In this document: positions 1 to 11,219 of the stretch, one piece after another
How positions within the stretch are numbered: position 1 is the stretch's first letter
Layout of the letters: each line of letters begins with the position of its first letter
DNA from: Alphaproteobacteria bacterium
GTDB taxonomy: Bacteria > Pseudomonadota > Alphaproteobacteria > Rickettsiales > UBA8987
Direction: 5' to 3'
NCBI GenBank assembly: GCA_030429625.1
Contig: JAUIFA010000001.1
Span: forward strand, 97,306 to 161,305
Length of the DNA: 64,000 bases
Program-made: the position numbers and the translations under genes
Notes under the pieces: generated by a model
Seen by the model: only the letters and a program-made list of their open reading frames with translations
Told to the model about the DNA's origin: nothing
Databases searched by the model: none

Positions 1-1
1 T

Positions 2-1708
2 ATTCCATTGGACGATAAAGCCACGTTTGAAATGTTGGGGCGGGGAGAGTCAACCGGTGTGTTCCAGATGGAGTCGGCCGGCATGCGCGACGCATTGCGT
101 AAGATGAAGCCGGACACGATTGAGGATCTGATTGCTTTGATTTCTTTATACCGCCCAGGACCAATGGAAAACATCCCCACCTACATCGCCCGTAAACATG
201 GCCGAGAAAGGCCTGATTACCTGCATCCAAAGCTTGAGCCCTGTTTGAAAGAAACTTTTGGGGTAATCATCTATCAAGAACAGGTGATGGAAATTGCTAA
301 GGTGCTGGCAGGGTATAGTCTTGGCGGAGCGGATTTGTTACGTCGTGCGATGGGCAAGAAGATTGCTTCAGAGATGGATCAACAGCGCGCTCTCTTTATG
401 GAAGGGGCAAAAAAAAACGGAGTGGACCCCAAACAGGCTGGAAAGATTTTTGATTTGGTGGCCAAATTTGCCGGTTATGGTTTTAATAAGTCCCACGCTG
501 CGGCCTATGCCTGGATTGGCTATCAAACCGCCTATTTAAAAGCCAATTATCCGGTGGAATTTTTGGCCGGATCAATGAACATCGACATCGGCGATACGGA
601 TAAGCTCAGTATTTTTGCCCGCGAAGCGGCATATAATAAAATTACACTTTTACAGCCAGACATCAATAAATCTGTGGCTGAATTTGGAGTTGAGGCTACA
701 GAAGATGGTGCCAATGCCATACGTTACGGCCTAGCCGGATTAAAAGGGGTAGGCAAAGAAGCTATGGATCTTATGGTGGCGGAGCGTACCAGTGGCAAAG
801 AATTCAGTGATATTTTTGACATGGCACGCCGATGCGGTAATAAAATAATTAACAAGCGACAGATTGAAAGTCTTGCCAAAGCCGGAGCGTTTGATGGGTT
901 TGGCCTCTCACGCAGAGCTGTGTTTGAGGGCGCGCCCTCTCTGGTTCGCTACAGTCAGATGATTGCAGAAGAAAAACAATCCAACCAAAGCAATTTGTTT
1001 GGTGGAGCTACGGAAGATACCAGCATTACCACATCAGGCATTTTACCTGAGTTGGAGGAGTGGGAAGACGCAGAAAAATACCAACAAGAATATCATGCCG
1101 TAGGGTTTTATCTCACGGGTCATCCATTGGAGGCCTATCGTAAGGAAATTATCAATATTCCTACGCTTATATATGCCAACCAAATGGAAGAAAAAATTTC
1201 TATGGACGGTGGAAAATATAAAATATGTGCCATTACCACAGCGATTACCATGCGCTCTTCCAAAAGGGGACGCTTTGCGTACTTGCATGTGTCGGACCCA
1301 ACGGGAGATGTGGAACTTTCAATCTTTGATGAAAAAACAATTGATGAAAATATTGAGAATTTTAACAATGGGGTTCCCTTGTTGCTTTCGGTGGATGCCC
1401 GCAGAGATGAAGGCGGAATCCGATTGCAGGTAGACAATATTGAAATTCTTGATAAGTATCTGAAAAACAAGAAAATATCTATATCTTTAGACATTAATGA
1501 AGGAGCAAAAATAACCGGGAAAGATCTGATGCAGATCAGTAGTCTCATTGAAAATAATGACAAAGGCAGGGCACAGATTGCCTTTGTGTATGTTACGGAT
1601 GCCCATATCAAAACCACTGTAAAATTACCCGGATATTACACGTTGCCAGCGGAATATGAGTCGGCCTTCAGTGCGATAGAATACGTAAAGTCGGTTGTAA
1701 TAAACTAA
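2..1708 (+). CDS. dnaE: DNA polymerase III alpha subunit, C-terminal ~566 aa (5' end cut by window edge)
   Basis: The frame is open to the window start. Translation reads IPLDDKATFEMLGRGESTGVFQMESAGMRD, LISLYRPGPM and GYGFNKSHAAAYA, followed by an OB-fold-like tail. These are classic DnaE motifs. Confidence 0.93.
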   Translation: MPLDDKATFEMLGRGESTGVFQMESAGMRDALRKMKPDTIEDLIALISLYRPGPMENIPTYIARKHGRERPDYLHPKLEPCLKETFGVIIYQEQVMEIAKVLAGYSLGGADLLRRAMGKKIASEMDQQRALFMEGAKKNGVDPKQAGKIFDLVAKFAGYGFNKSHAAAYAWIGYQTAYLKANYPVEFLAGSMNIDIGDTDKLSIFAREAAYNKITLLQPDINKSVAEFGVEATEDGANAIRYGLAGLKGVGKEAMDLMVAERTSGKEFSDIFDMARRCGNKIINKRQIESLAKAGAFDGFGLSRRAVFEGAPSLVRYSQMIAEEKQSNQSNLFGGATEDTSITTSGILPELEEWEDAEKYQQEYHAVGFYLTGHPLEAYRKEIINIPTLIYANQMEEKISMDGGKYKICAITTAITMRSSKRGRFAYLHVSDPTGDVELSIFDEKTIDENIENFNNGVPLLLSVDARRDEGGIRLQVDNIEILDKYLKNKKISISLDINEGAKITGKDLMQISSLIENNDKGRAQIAFVYVTDAHIKTTVKLPGYYTLPAEYESAFSAIEYVKSVVIN

Positions 1709-1848
1709 CGATATACTGTAGCTATGGTATACTCAGTCACGCTATCTATATAATTTCTAGACAATTTTAAACATTTATATTATACCTTTAACCTGATATG
1801 AATTTTACTCGTGAAGAGACCCATTAAGAACTACGTGTGTTTATATAT

Positions 1849-4683
1849 ATGAAGAAATTATTTATTTTTGCTTTTACAGCTGCCCTATTTTTATTGTCTT
1901 ATAAACCAGCCTTGGCTGATTCTACCCCTGTCCCTCTGCCTCCCTTGCCCGGTTTTGCTTCTGTAGAAGAAGCACAGCAACTTTCCGAGAGTGTAGAAAA
2001 GGAAGAAAAAGCAGAGATGCCAAAACTTGAAGATCTTCCAGAATTTGCTGACGTTGAAGAAGAAAATACCTCTGAAGATTTGCCAACGCTTGAGGATTTA
2101 CCAGAATTTGATGAGGCGGGAACAGATGAGGTGGATCATGAGGGAGCAAACACCCTTGTTGAGGACGCATTAGGCGTATTAAAAAGCAGTACCATCAAGT
2201 CCGCTCATGCGGATGCTGAACCGTCAAACGACATTGATGAAGAGGTAACAACCGAATCAATATTAGAAATGGCTGACGATGTGCTTCAGGCAAGCAAAGA
2301 TTCGGTGAGAGAAAATATTTCAGAAATTGAGCAAACCGATATGTCAGATTTGTCTATTGAGATGGATATGGATGAAGAAGAGTCTGACATGGAAGGGGAA
2401 TTGCTGTCTGAGGAAATCATTCAGGCTCAGGAAGAGTTGCCCGCGCTTGAAGCTGAGATTGAGATGGCCGAAGACGATGTGCCAGTATTGCAGCTTGAAG
2501 AAAGTGTGGATACGGCGGAGCAAGACGTTGTGGCCGTGGCAGAAGAAGTGGAAGAAGAAATCCAGGACATAGTCTCCCAAGATTCAGTGGAAGAAGCTGA
2601 GGTAATGGATTTAGACATGGAAGACATGGATATTACTTCTGAAGAGCTGGAAACACAGGCATTTGAAGAATTTGATGATAAGGCAGAAGAATTTTCAGAC
2701 ATGGAAGACATGGATGAGGAGGAAGCCCTACCATCCCTAGAACAAGAGCTGGATATGGCGGAAGAGGGCGATATAGATGGTCTTGATGATATGCCAGAGG
2801 CTGAACTTGTGGAGTCAGAACCAATTTCCGATATAAACCACACGCTTGTTCAAGATATTCCCGCAGAGCTTCCAGACATGCAGGTGCCTGAGGTTGAGAG
2901 CGGTACAGACAATGCGGAAGATTTGTTTGCGCAAGAAATTTTAGATTTGCCAGAGTCTCCTGTTGAAACGGCTAAGGACATGCCAGAATCAGAAGCGCTG
3001 GAAGTAACCGTAGAAAAACAAGATATTGAAGATTTGTCCAAGGCATTTGGAGCCGATGAAAAGGAACAGGCAGAGCTTGAGGCACTGTTTGCGGAAGAGG
3101 GCTTGCCGGCTCCAGACATTAAAGAAGTAAAAGCCGCAGTTCAGGAAGAAATAGCACAGGACGATACCGATTGGGCAATTAGCAGCTGGTCTTTAAACGA
3201 ACTTTCTAGCAAGGAAAAGCGTGATCAAGACGTCGCCGAGTTAGTAAATAAACGTAAAAACGCGCTTGCCAAAGACAATGACTTCGTTGTGCCAAACTTT
3301 ATGTATAAGAGGGCATACAACAAATCAAATTCTCACCTGCCAAAGGCAATTTACCAAAGTGACCTTGATAGACAAATGGTCATGGCCGCCGCCAAAGGTG
3401 ATATGGCGGGTGTGCGCTCTCTACTTAATTCTGGCGTGTCTGTAAATTCGGTGGACAATAATGGCAACAGCGCGTTGATGCTTGCTGTGGCAAATAACCA
3501 TAAAGATCTTGTGAATCTTTTGATTCTAAGAGGAGCCGACATCAATGTGGCAAACAATGAAGGTGTGACAGCCCTGCATGTGGCTATTGATAAAAACAAG
3601 CCTTATTTTGTCAACATTCTTTTGTATAAAGGTGCGGATGTAAATGTTGCTAGTGCCAATGGTACGACGGCGCTGATGCGTGCGATTATGGCAAACAATG
3701 ATGTGGTATTTAACACATTGGTTGACAATGGTGCGAACATAAGAGCAACAACAAGGAATGACGTTACAGCATTGCACACAGCGGCGCAGCTTGGGCAGGT
3801 GCAAATGGTTGAACGGTTGCTTAAAGAAGGTGCCGTGCCAAACGCTAAAACCAAAGATGGTTTTGTCCCCGAAGAACTTGCGGTGATAAATGGGCATTCG
3901 CAAATTGCCTCCACAATTGCCCTGTTTACTGCCGAGCTTATCAAGCAGCATCAGGCAGAATTGCTCAAAGAACATAAACAAATCAAACAAGAGCGGGAAG
4001 AGTTGGCACAGGCCATGTCCATGCCGTTTGATGGGGAAAGAAGATACAATCGGCTAAACAAGGCTGAGCAACATATCTGGGATCAGCGTTTGAGAAACTG
4101 GGTTAATGTGCAAAATAATTTTGATGATTTAAATTTAGAAGATAAAATACTCTGGAACGATCGCCGGAAAAAATTACAATCTATTTACGCTCAGCAGCTT
4201 TTTGCCTCTTTAACGGAGTTAGGTGCGGATCCGATTGCTATGGTATCGCATTGGGATGAATTTGAAAAATCTCTTCCACAGATCATTGAAGAGAAAAAAC
4301 AGCGCAAAGAACAAATGCTAAAACTTATATCGGATTGGAAGGCAACAGATGCGCAGTTTGACACAATGTCTTTTGAGGAGAGGGTCGCTGCCAACACCAA
4401 GCGCATACAAATGCTTGAGAAATTGTTGGGCGGTAAAGAGTCGGGTGAATTGTCTGATGTGTTCTTCGAATTGCCCATTGAAGAGCGTGAGCAATTACGC
4501 GCTTCCATGGCCAAATGGGATGTTTTTGAACGCACCATTGATGTGGAGGATCCCGAAGCACAATTTATCTCAAAATCCGCAGGGGTAGACTCTGTGCCTT
4601 CATCGCAAGACATTGATATGGAACAAATATTGATGGATAAGCAAGATCTGATGCAGCAAGACATTGAGTTTGACCAAAAATAA
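1849..4683 (+). CDS. Secreted ankyrin-repeat protein with a long acidic N-terminal region and a coiled-coil-like C-terminus
   Basis: ORF 1837..4683. The ATG at 1849 gives MKKLFIFAFTAALFLLSYKPALA, which looks like a Sec signal. About 450 aa are D/E-rich low complexity, including LEDLPEF twice (nt 2026-2047 and 2089-2110). Five to six ANK repeats lie around nt 3376-3915 (NGNSALMLAV..GADIN, EGVTALHVAI..GADVN, NGTTALMRAI, DVTALHTAAQLG). Confidence 0.85.
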   Translation: MKKLFIFAFTAALFLLSYKPALADSTPVPLPPLPGFASVEEAQQLSESVEKEEKAEMPKLEDLPEFADVEEENTSEDLPTLEDLPEFDEAGTDEVDHEGANTLVEDALGVLKSSTIKSAHADAEPSNDIDEEVTTESILEMADDVLQASKDSVRENISEIEQTDMSDLSIEMDMDEEESDMEGELLSEEIIQAQEELPALEAEIEMAEDDVPVLQLEESVDTAEQDVVAVAEEVEEEIQDIVSQDSVEEAEVMDLDMEDMDITSEELETQAFEEFDDKAEEFSDMEDMDEEEALPSLEQELDMAEEGDIDGLDDMPEAELVESEPISDINHTLVQDIPAELPDMQVPEVESGTDNAEDLFAQEILDLPESPVETAKDMPESEALEVTVEKQDIEDLSKAFGADEKEQAELEALFAEEGLPAPDIKEVKAAVQEEIAQDDTDWAISSWSLNELSSKEKRDQDVAELVNKRKNALAKDNDFVVPNFMYKRAYNKSNSHLPKAIYQSDLDRQMVMAAAKGDMAGVRSLLNSGVSVNSVDNNGNSALMLAVANNHKDLVNLLILRGADINVANNEGVTALHVAIDKNKPYFVNILLYKGADVNVASANGTTALMRAIMANNDVVFNTLVDNGANIRATTRNDVTALHTAAQLGQVQMVERLLKEGAVPNAKTKDGFVPEELAVINGHSQIASTIALFTAELIKQHQAELLKEHKQIKQEREELAQAMSMPFDGERRYNRLNKAEQHIWDQRLRNWVNVQNNFDDLNLEDKILWNDRRKKLQSIYAQQLFASLTELGADPIAMVSHWDEFEKSLPQIIEEKKQRKEQMLKLISDWKATDAQFDTMSFEERVAANTKRIQMLEKLLGGKESGELSDVFFELPIEEREQLRASMAKWDVFERTIDVEDPEAQFISKSAGVDSVPSSQDIDMEQILMDKQDLMQQDIEFDQK

Positions 4684-4762
4684 ATTTCTCTAAGTATATC
4701 CTTGAAATTTAATCGGATCTGGCTAATAAACTATCATCGTTTAAAATTCAGGAGAGAAATTC

Positions 4763-6478
4763 ATGTCGGACACATTCGATAAATCAAAATTACCAAGCAG
4801 ACATGTCACCGAAGGGCCGGAACGTGCCCCCCATCGTTCGTATTATTACGCCATGGGGATGACGGAGGCACAAATCCATCAGCCATTGGTGGGGGTGGTC
4901 AGTACGTGGAACGAAGCCGCCCCATGTAATATTGCGCTACAGCGTCAGGCACAGGTAGCCAAAAAAGGCGTGTGGGCGGCCGGTGGTACTCCGCGTGAAT
5001 TTACAACCATTACGGTGACCGATGGTATTGCCATGGGGCATCAGGGCATGAAATCCTCTCTGGTCAGCCGTGAGGTGATTGCCGATTCAACCGAATTGAC
5101 TGTGCGTGGGCATTGTTATGACGCTTTGGTTGGCCTTGCCGGCTGTGATAAATCCCTACCCGGCTTGATGATGGCCATGTGCCGTTTGAACATTCCTTCG
5201 GTCTTTATGTATGGTGGCTCTATTCTGCCGGGAAAATATAAAGGTAAAGACGTGACAGTGGTAGACGTATTTGAGGGCGTGGGCAAATATGAGGCAGGCA
5301 ATATGGACGCATCAGAATTGCATGATCTTGAACAAGTGGCTTGCCCATCTTCTGGATCTTGCGGGGGTCAGTTTACCGCCAACACGATGGCCTGTGTGAG
5401 CGAAGCCATTGGCTTGGCGTTGCCAGGGTCTGCCGGTGCGCCAGCGCCCTATGAAACACGGGACGATTATGCGTTTGAATCAGGCAAAGCGGTGATGGAA
5501 TTGATCAAAACTGGCCTGCGCCCACGCGATATTGTGACCCGTAAAGCGTTGGAAAATGCGGCGCGTGTGGTGGCGGCCACAGGTGGTTCTACTAATGCGG
5601 GGTTACATTTGCCCGCCATTGCCAGCGAATGTGGTATTGAATTTACTTTGGCAGATGTGGGAGAGATTTTCCGCTCGACTCCTTATATCTCTGATTTAAA
5701 ACCCGGCGGCAAATACGTGGCCAAAGACATGTACGACATTGGTGGTGTTCAGGTGGTGATTAAAGAGCTTCTTAAGGCGGGTTATATCCATGGCGATTGT
5801 ATCACGGTGACCGGCAAAACCATTGCGGAGAATTGTGCCGATGCACGAGATGCCGATGGTAAAGTGGTTTATTCCGTTAAGAACTGTTTATCAGAAACCG
5901 GCGGAGTGGTGACGTTGAAAGGCAATTTGGCGCCGGAAGGTTGTATTGTGAAGATTGCTGGTATGAGTCGCCTTCGCCATGAAGGTCCGGCTCGAGTTTT
6001 CGATTGTGAAGAAGATGCGTTTGAAGCGGTTAAAAAGCAGGATTACAAAGAGGGCGATGTAATCGTCATCCGTTATGAAGGGCCAAAGGGTGGGCCGGGT
6101 ATGCGTGAGATGTTATCTACCACTGCCGCTTTGGCCGGTCAGGGTATGAGTAATGTTGCCTTGATCACTGATGGGCGTTTTTCCGGTGGAACACGTGGCT
6201 TCTGCATTGGCCATGTGGGACCTGAAGCGGCCGATGGCGGTCCGATTGCCTTGCTTAAAGACGGTGACATGATTACACTCGATGCGACAAAGGGGGAGAT
6301 ATCGGTTGCGCTTTCGGATGCTGAGCTTGCTGACCGTAAGAAGGCTTGGAAGCCAAGACTCAACGAGTATCAATCCGGCACATTGTGGAAATATGCCAAC
6401 TCGGTAGGGCCAGCGTATAAAGGGGCGTTGACGCATCCTGGGGCTAAGTCAGAAGTTAAGCAATATAAAGATATATAA
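4763..6478 (+). CDS. ilvD: Dihydroxy-acid dehydratase
   Basis: 571 aa. The motif pattern matches the IlvD/Edd family ([36 protein letters not shown]). An AGGAG-like RBS precedes the ATG. Confidence 0.93.
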   Translation: MSDTFDKSKLPSRHVTEGPERAPHRSYYYAMGMTEAQIHQPLVGVVSTWNEAAPCNIALQRQAQVAKKGVWAAGGTPREFTTITVTDGIAMGHQGMKSSLVSREVIADSTELTVRGHCYDALVGLAGCDKSLPGLMMAMCRLNIPSVFMYGGSILPGKYKGKDVTVVDVFEGVGKYEAGNMDASELHDLEQVACPSSGSCGGQFTANTMACVSEAIGLALPGSAGAPAPYETRDDYAFESGKAVMELIKTGLRPRDIVTRKALENAARVVAATGGSTNAGLHLPAIASECGIEFTLADVGEIFRSTPYISDLKPGGKYVAKDMYDIGGVQVVIKELLKAGYIHGDCITVTGKTIAENCADARDADGKVVYSVKNCLSETGGVVTLKGNLAPEGCIVKIAGMSRLRHEGPARVFDCEEDAFEAVKKQDYKEGDVIVIRYEGPKGGPGMREMLSTTAALAGQGMSNVALITDGRFSGGTRGFCIGHVGPEAADGGPIALLKDGDMITLDATKGEISVALSDAELADRKKAWKPRLNEYQSGTLWKYANSVGPAYKGALTHPGAKSEVKQYKDI

Positions 6479-6479
6479 A

Positions 6480-7226
6480 ATGAATAAAACCGCACAGTCT
6501 GCTAGTATCGATGAGCAAGAGGTTAAAAAATTCTCTGCCATGGCGGATCAATGGTGGGACGAAGAGGGCAAGTTTAAACCGCTCCATAAATTTAATCCGG
6601 TGCGCATTGCCTATATTCGTGACCATTTGTGCCAGCATTTTGGCCGTGATACCATGCAGGATAAGCCCCTTAATGGACTCAAGATTCTAGATGTAGGCTG
6701 TGGAGGTGGGCTACTTTCTGTACCGCTCTCACGCCTTGGTGCAAAGGTCATGGGCATTGATGCCAGCCAAACGAACATTTGCGTTGCCCAGACTCATGCT
6801 AAGGACAATGATCTTAAAATTGACTATCAGTGTATTTCGGCAGAAGAGCTTGCGGCAAAAGGTAAAAAATTTGATGTCGTTTTAAATATGGAGGTGTTGG
6901 AGCATGTAGCGGATGTGCCGGGATTTTTACAGGCTTCCTCCCAGTTGGTGGCATCGGGAGGTGTGATGTTTGCGGCCACGCTTAACCGTACTGCCAAAAG
7001 CTACGCTTTTGCGATTATTGGTGCAGAATATGTGTTAAACTGGTTGCCGCGCGGCACGCATGATTGGAAAAAATTCTTAAAACCCCATGAAATAGATAAG
7101 GTCACATCCTTACACGGTTTAAAGCTGCATGAAATGGTCGGGGTCGGCTATAACCCACTTAACGACAGTTGGAAGCTGAGCAACGACATTTCTATCAACT
7201 ACATGATGCTTTTTATAAAAGAATGA
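6480..7226 (+). CDS. ubiG: Ubiquinone biosynthesis O-methyltransferase
   Basis: 248 aa. N-terminus has FSAMADQWWDEEGKFKPLH, the SAM motif is ILDVGCGGGLLS, and MEVLEHV follows. The gene starts 1 nt after the ilvD stop. Confidence 0.85.
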   Translation: MNKTAQSASIDEQEVKKFSAMADQWWDEEGKFKPLHKFNPVRIAYIRDHLCQHFGRDTMQDKPLNGLKILDVGCGGGLLSVPLSRLGAKVMGIDASQTNICVAQTHAKDNDLKIDYQCISAEELAAKGKKFDVVLNMEVLEHVADVPGFLQASSQLVASGGVMFAATLNRTAKSYAFAIIGAEYVLNWLPRGTHDWKKFLKPHEIDKVTSLHGLKLHEMVGVGYNPLNDSWKLSNDISINYMMLFIKE

Positions 7227-7229
7227 GGG

Positions 7230-7850
7230 TCATTTTTCCGCAGGTTTGTCTGCCGCACCGATAATAGGCTGTTTCTCAACTTTATTTTCTTCCTCCACCA
7301 CAGCCTCATTGTTTATCACAGGCATGGATTCAGGAATGGTTTCTTTTATGTTGCGGACAAATTTGATGGCCGGTTGCCACATTTTGTCTTTAATAGAGCC
7401 TACCAGATTATGCATCACGTCTTCATCGAGCTTTAATACGCGGATACCTTCGCGTTCATCAATCATATTATCGGTTGAAACACTGTGATTAATGATGGCT
7501 GGGCGTTTTTTAATGATTGGTGCGTACAAGGTTAGATTATCGTCCTCTAGCGTGTAGTAGAACATGGCTTGTGCATCTGGGCCTTTTAGAAGAAGAAATT
7601 TATAACCGTCCCATGTTAGGGTCTTCATGTCGGTTTGAGACACACGATCGCCTTTGACCGGATCAATCTGTATCAATTTATCGTCGTCACGGACAATAAG
7701 AAATTGTTCCTTGCGTACCGGCTCTTTGTACCACTGCCCAGGAAAATCACTGTCTACTTCAGCCCTGTCCCACATTGCTCCAAAATCTTCCACCAGCAAA
7801 CAGCTGCTTAAGCAGACAATAAGAACTGATAACATAGCCAATAAACGCAT
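7230..7850 (-). CDS. Hypothetical lipoprotein, translationally coupled to atpC
   Basis: MRLLAMLSVLIVCLSSC has a signal peptide and a lipobox-like LSSC. Its ATG overlaps the atpC stop (TAATG at 7848-7852). I recognise no family. Confidence 0.5.
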   Translation of the reverse strand: MRLLAMLSVLIVCLSSCLLVEDFGAMWDRAEVDSDFPGQWYKEPVRKEQFLIVRDDDKLIQIDPVKGDRVSQTDMKTLTWDGYKFLLLKGPDAQAMFYYTLEDDNLTLYAPIIKKRPAIINHSVSTDNMIDEREGIRVLKLDEDVMHNLVGSIKDKMWQPAIKFVRNIKETIPESMPVINNEAVVEEENKVEKQPIIGAADKPAEK

Positions 7851-8242
7851 TATTTACAAAGCTCCACAAGTTTTTCAATGTTTTTAATTTCTTCTTCAAA
7901 CGCTTCTTTTTCGGGCTCAGAAATTGACGCTGCAAGTTTATCCTTAGTTACGGATAACAAAGCCTTTGCTTCAGATTTTGAGAATTTATCAAGGTCAAAC
8001 GCATCGGTCGCCAAAATAGTGCAACGATCACCAGTGACTTCAGCAAAGCCACCCGTAACAAAGATTTGCCCACTGATTGTGTCTTTCTCATACAGGCTGA
8101 TAACCCCTGGACAGAGCGTTGAGATAAGGTTTGAATGCGCCTCTAAAACCCCAAATTCTCCTTCGGAACCTGGAATTACAGCCATGGTCACCTCTTCAGA
8201 AGAGACTACTTTTTCAGGTGTTACAAGATCAACTGTTAGCAT
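7850..8242 (-). CDS. atpC: F1 ATP synthase epsilon subunit
   Basis: 130 aa. Opens VDLVTPEKVVSSEEVTMAVIPGSEGEFGVL and lies directly downstream of atpD. Confidence 0.9.
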   Translation of the reverse strand: MLTVDLVTPEKVVSSEEVTMAVIPGSEGEFGVLEAHSNLISTLCPGVISLYEKDTISGQIFVTGGFAEVTGDRCTILATDAFDLDKFSKSEAKALLSVTKDKLAASISEPEKEAFEEEIKNIEKLVELCK

Positions 8243-8269
8243 GTTTTATCCTTATCCAACAACAAATGT

Positions 8270-9715
<1,446 letters not shown>

Positions 9716-9744
9716 TTACTCCACTTTTTTACTTTCTTAATCCA

Positions 9745-10311
9745 TTAAAAGGATTTTGTTTCTTTCATTAATTCATTATTTGTTTTGTCTGATTCCATAA
9801 ACATTACTCTAAAATCTTCGAAATCTTTTCGAAGTATGTATAAAAAGAACCAGTAAGCAGCACCAATATTAACGCATAGAATAACTAAGAGGGCAATAAT
9901 AGGGCCTAGTCCAACGCTAATCAAAGCGCCTGCCACAAAGGTTGCTGCAAGATTGGCGGCAATGTTTCTCCATTGCCATGCCCACCATAGTCGTCTGACC
10001 CGAGAAAGCGTTAAGCCTCTGTTATCGGTTGAATCTGCTGAAATGATATAAGGCACGCCTCTTTTGGAGAAAAAGACTTTGTTAAGAAAAAACTGCTTAA
10101 AATAATAATAAGAAGCCCAAATTACACCAATCCCAGCAATGATCTCTTTATAAGCCTTTGACGTTATTGGATTGATTCCTGTAATTTTAAAAACTATTGC
10201 ACAAACAATATTTATGGCAATACCAATTAAAAGAATCCGCCAGAATATTCCCCACCAAATAGCAGTTGCCCTGATGTCCTCATGTTGTAATGATTGATTT
10301 TCAGTCATCAT
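9745..10311 (-). CDS. Four-TM membrane protein of unknown function inserted between atpG and atpD (internal two-fold repeat)
   Basis: 188 aa. Its ATG overlaps the atpG TGA (ATGA at 10308-10311). There are four hydrophobic segments. The two halves resemble each other: AIWWGIFWRILLIG...YYYFKQFFLNK versus RLWWAWQWRNIAAN...YWFFLYILRK. The gene is AT-rich relative to atpD. Confidence 0.6.
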   Translation of the reverse strand: MMTENQSLQHEDIRATAIWWGIFWRILLIGIAINIVCAIVFKITGINPITSKAYKEIIAGIGVIWASYYYFKQFFLNKVFFSKRGVPYIISADSTDNRGLTLSRVRRLWWAWQWRNIAANLAATFVAGALISVGLGPIIALLVILCVNIGAAYWFFLYILRKDFEDFRVMFMESDKTNNELMKETKSF

Positions 10312-11210
10312 ACACTCTCCGCCCCAGCAATAATTTCAATAAGCTCAGTGGTGATCGCAGCCTGACGGGAGCGGTTATACTGAAGCGTCAAATCGTTAAT
10401 CATTTCACCGGCATTGCGAGTGGCATTGTCCATCGCCGTCATCCGTGAGCCTTGTTCCGAAGCCGAATTTTCCAGAATTGCATGGAAAATTTGTACCGCA
10501 ACGTTGCGTGGCAATAATTCTTCGAGAACGGCCTCCTCTCCCGGTTCATAATCATAGGAGGACTGCACATCAGAGGCAGAATGTTCTTTATCTAAATTTC
10601 CAATTTCAAGGGGAATAAGCTGTTGAAACGTAACTTCTTGGGTCAGCGCATTGATAAATTTATTATACACGATGGAACAAGAATCAATTTCTTCCGATTG
10701 GAATAAGTCGATCACATGAACGGCCAGTTTCTCTGCATCGTCAAAGTCATAGCTGGCTCTATTGTCCGTTTTGGCTTTGTAACAGATCAGGCTTTCGTAA
10801 CCAAAACGAAGCTGCTCCAGCCCTTTCCGGCCAAAAGTAATGAGTTTTACCTTTTTGCCTTGGCTCTGTAAGGCAGCGATTTTGTGTTTGGTTGCTTTGA
10901 CAATAGAACTGTTGAAGCCACCACAAAGTCCCTTGTCCGCCGTAGCAACGATAATCAGGTGGGTTTTGTCCACAAGGTTTTGTTGTTCATCACGGTGACC
11001 AGAAAGCAGCTTGGGCGCTGTATCCACGCATATGGCAGCCGCTAGAGTTGATAGCATACGTTCCATTTTTTCCGTATAAGGGCGTGCACGTTCAGCACGT
11101 TCCTGAGCCTGGCGCAACTTACTGGCGGCAACCATCTGCATCGCCCGCGTAATTTTACGCGTGGATTTTACACTGTCGATGCGGTTCTTAAGTTCTTTTA
11201 AGTTCGACAC
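10308..11210 (-). CDS. atpG: F1 ATP synthase gamma subunit
   Basis: 300 aa. Starts MSNLKELKNRIDSVKSTRKITRAMQMVAASKLR and ends ITTELIEIIAGAESV. Confidence 0.93.
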   Translation of the reverse strand: MSNLKELKNRIDSVKSTRKITRAMQMVAASKLRQAQERAERARPYTEKMERMLSTLAAAICVDTAPKLLSGHRDEQQNLVDKTHLIIVATADKGLCGGFNSSIVKATKHKIAALQSQGKKVKLITFGRKGLEQLRFGYESLICYKAKTDNRASYDFDDAEKLAVHVIDLFQSEEIDSCSIVYNKFINALTQEVTFQQLIPLEIGNLDKEHSASDVQSSYDYEPGEEAVLEELLPRNVAVQIFHAILENSASEQGSRMTAMDNATRNAGEMINDLTLQYNRSRQAAITTELIEIIAGAESV

Positions 11211-11219
11211 GTTTTACAC

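Noticed and set aside
2427-4664. Several long antisense ORFs inside the ankyrin gene (2427..2843, 2850..3119, 3526..3990, 3603..3944, 4191..4664).
   Set aside because: Their S/C/A-rich translations are the mirror image of the D/E-rich sense frame. They carry no motifs and all lie within one long, well-supported plus-strand ORF.
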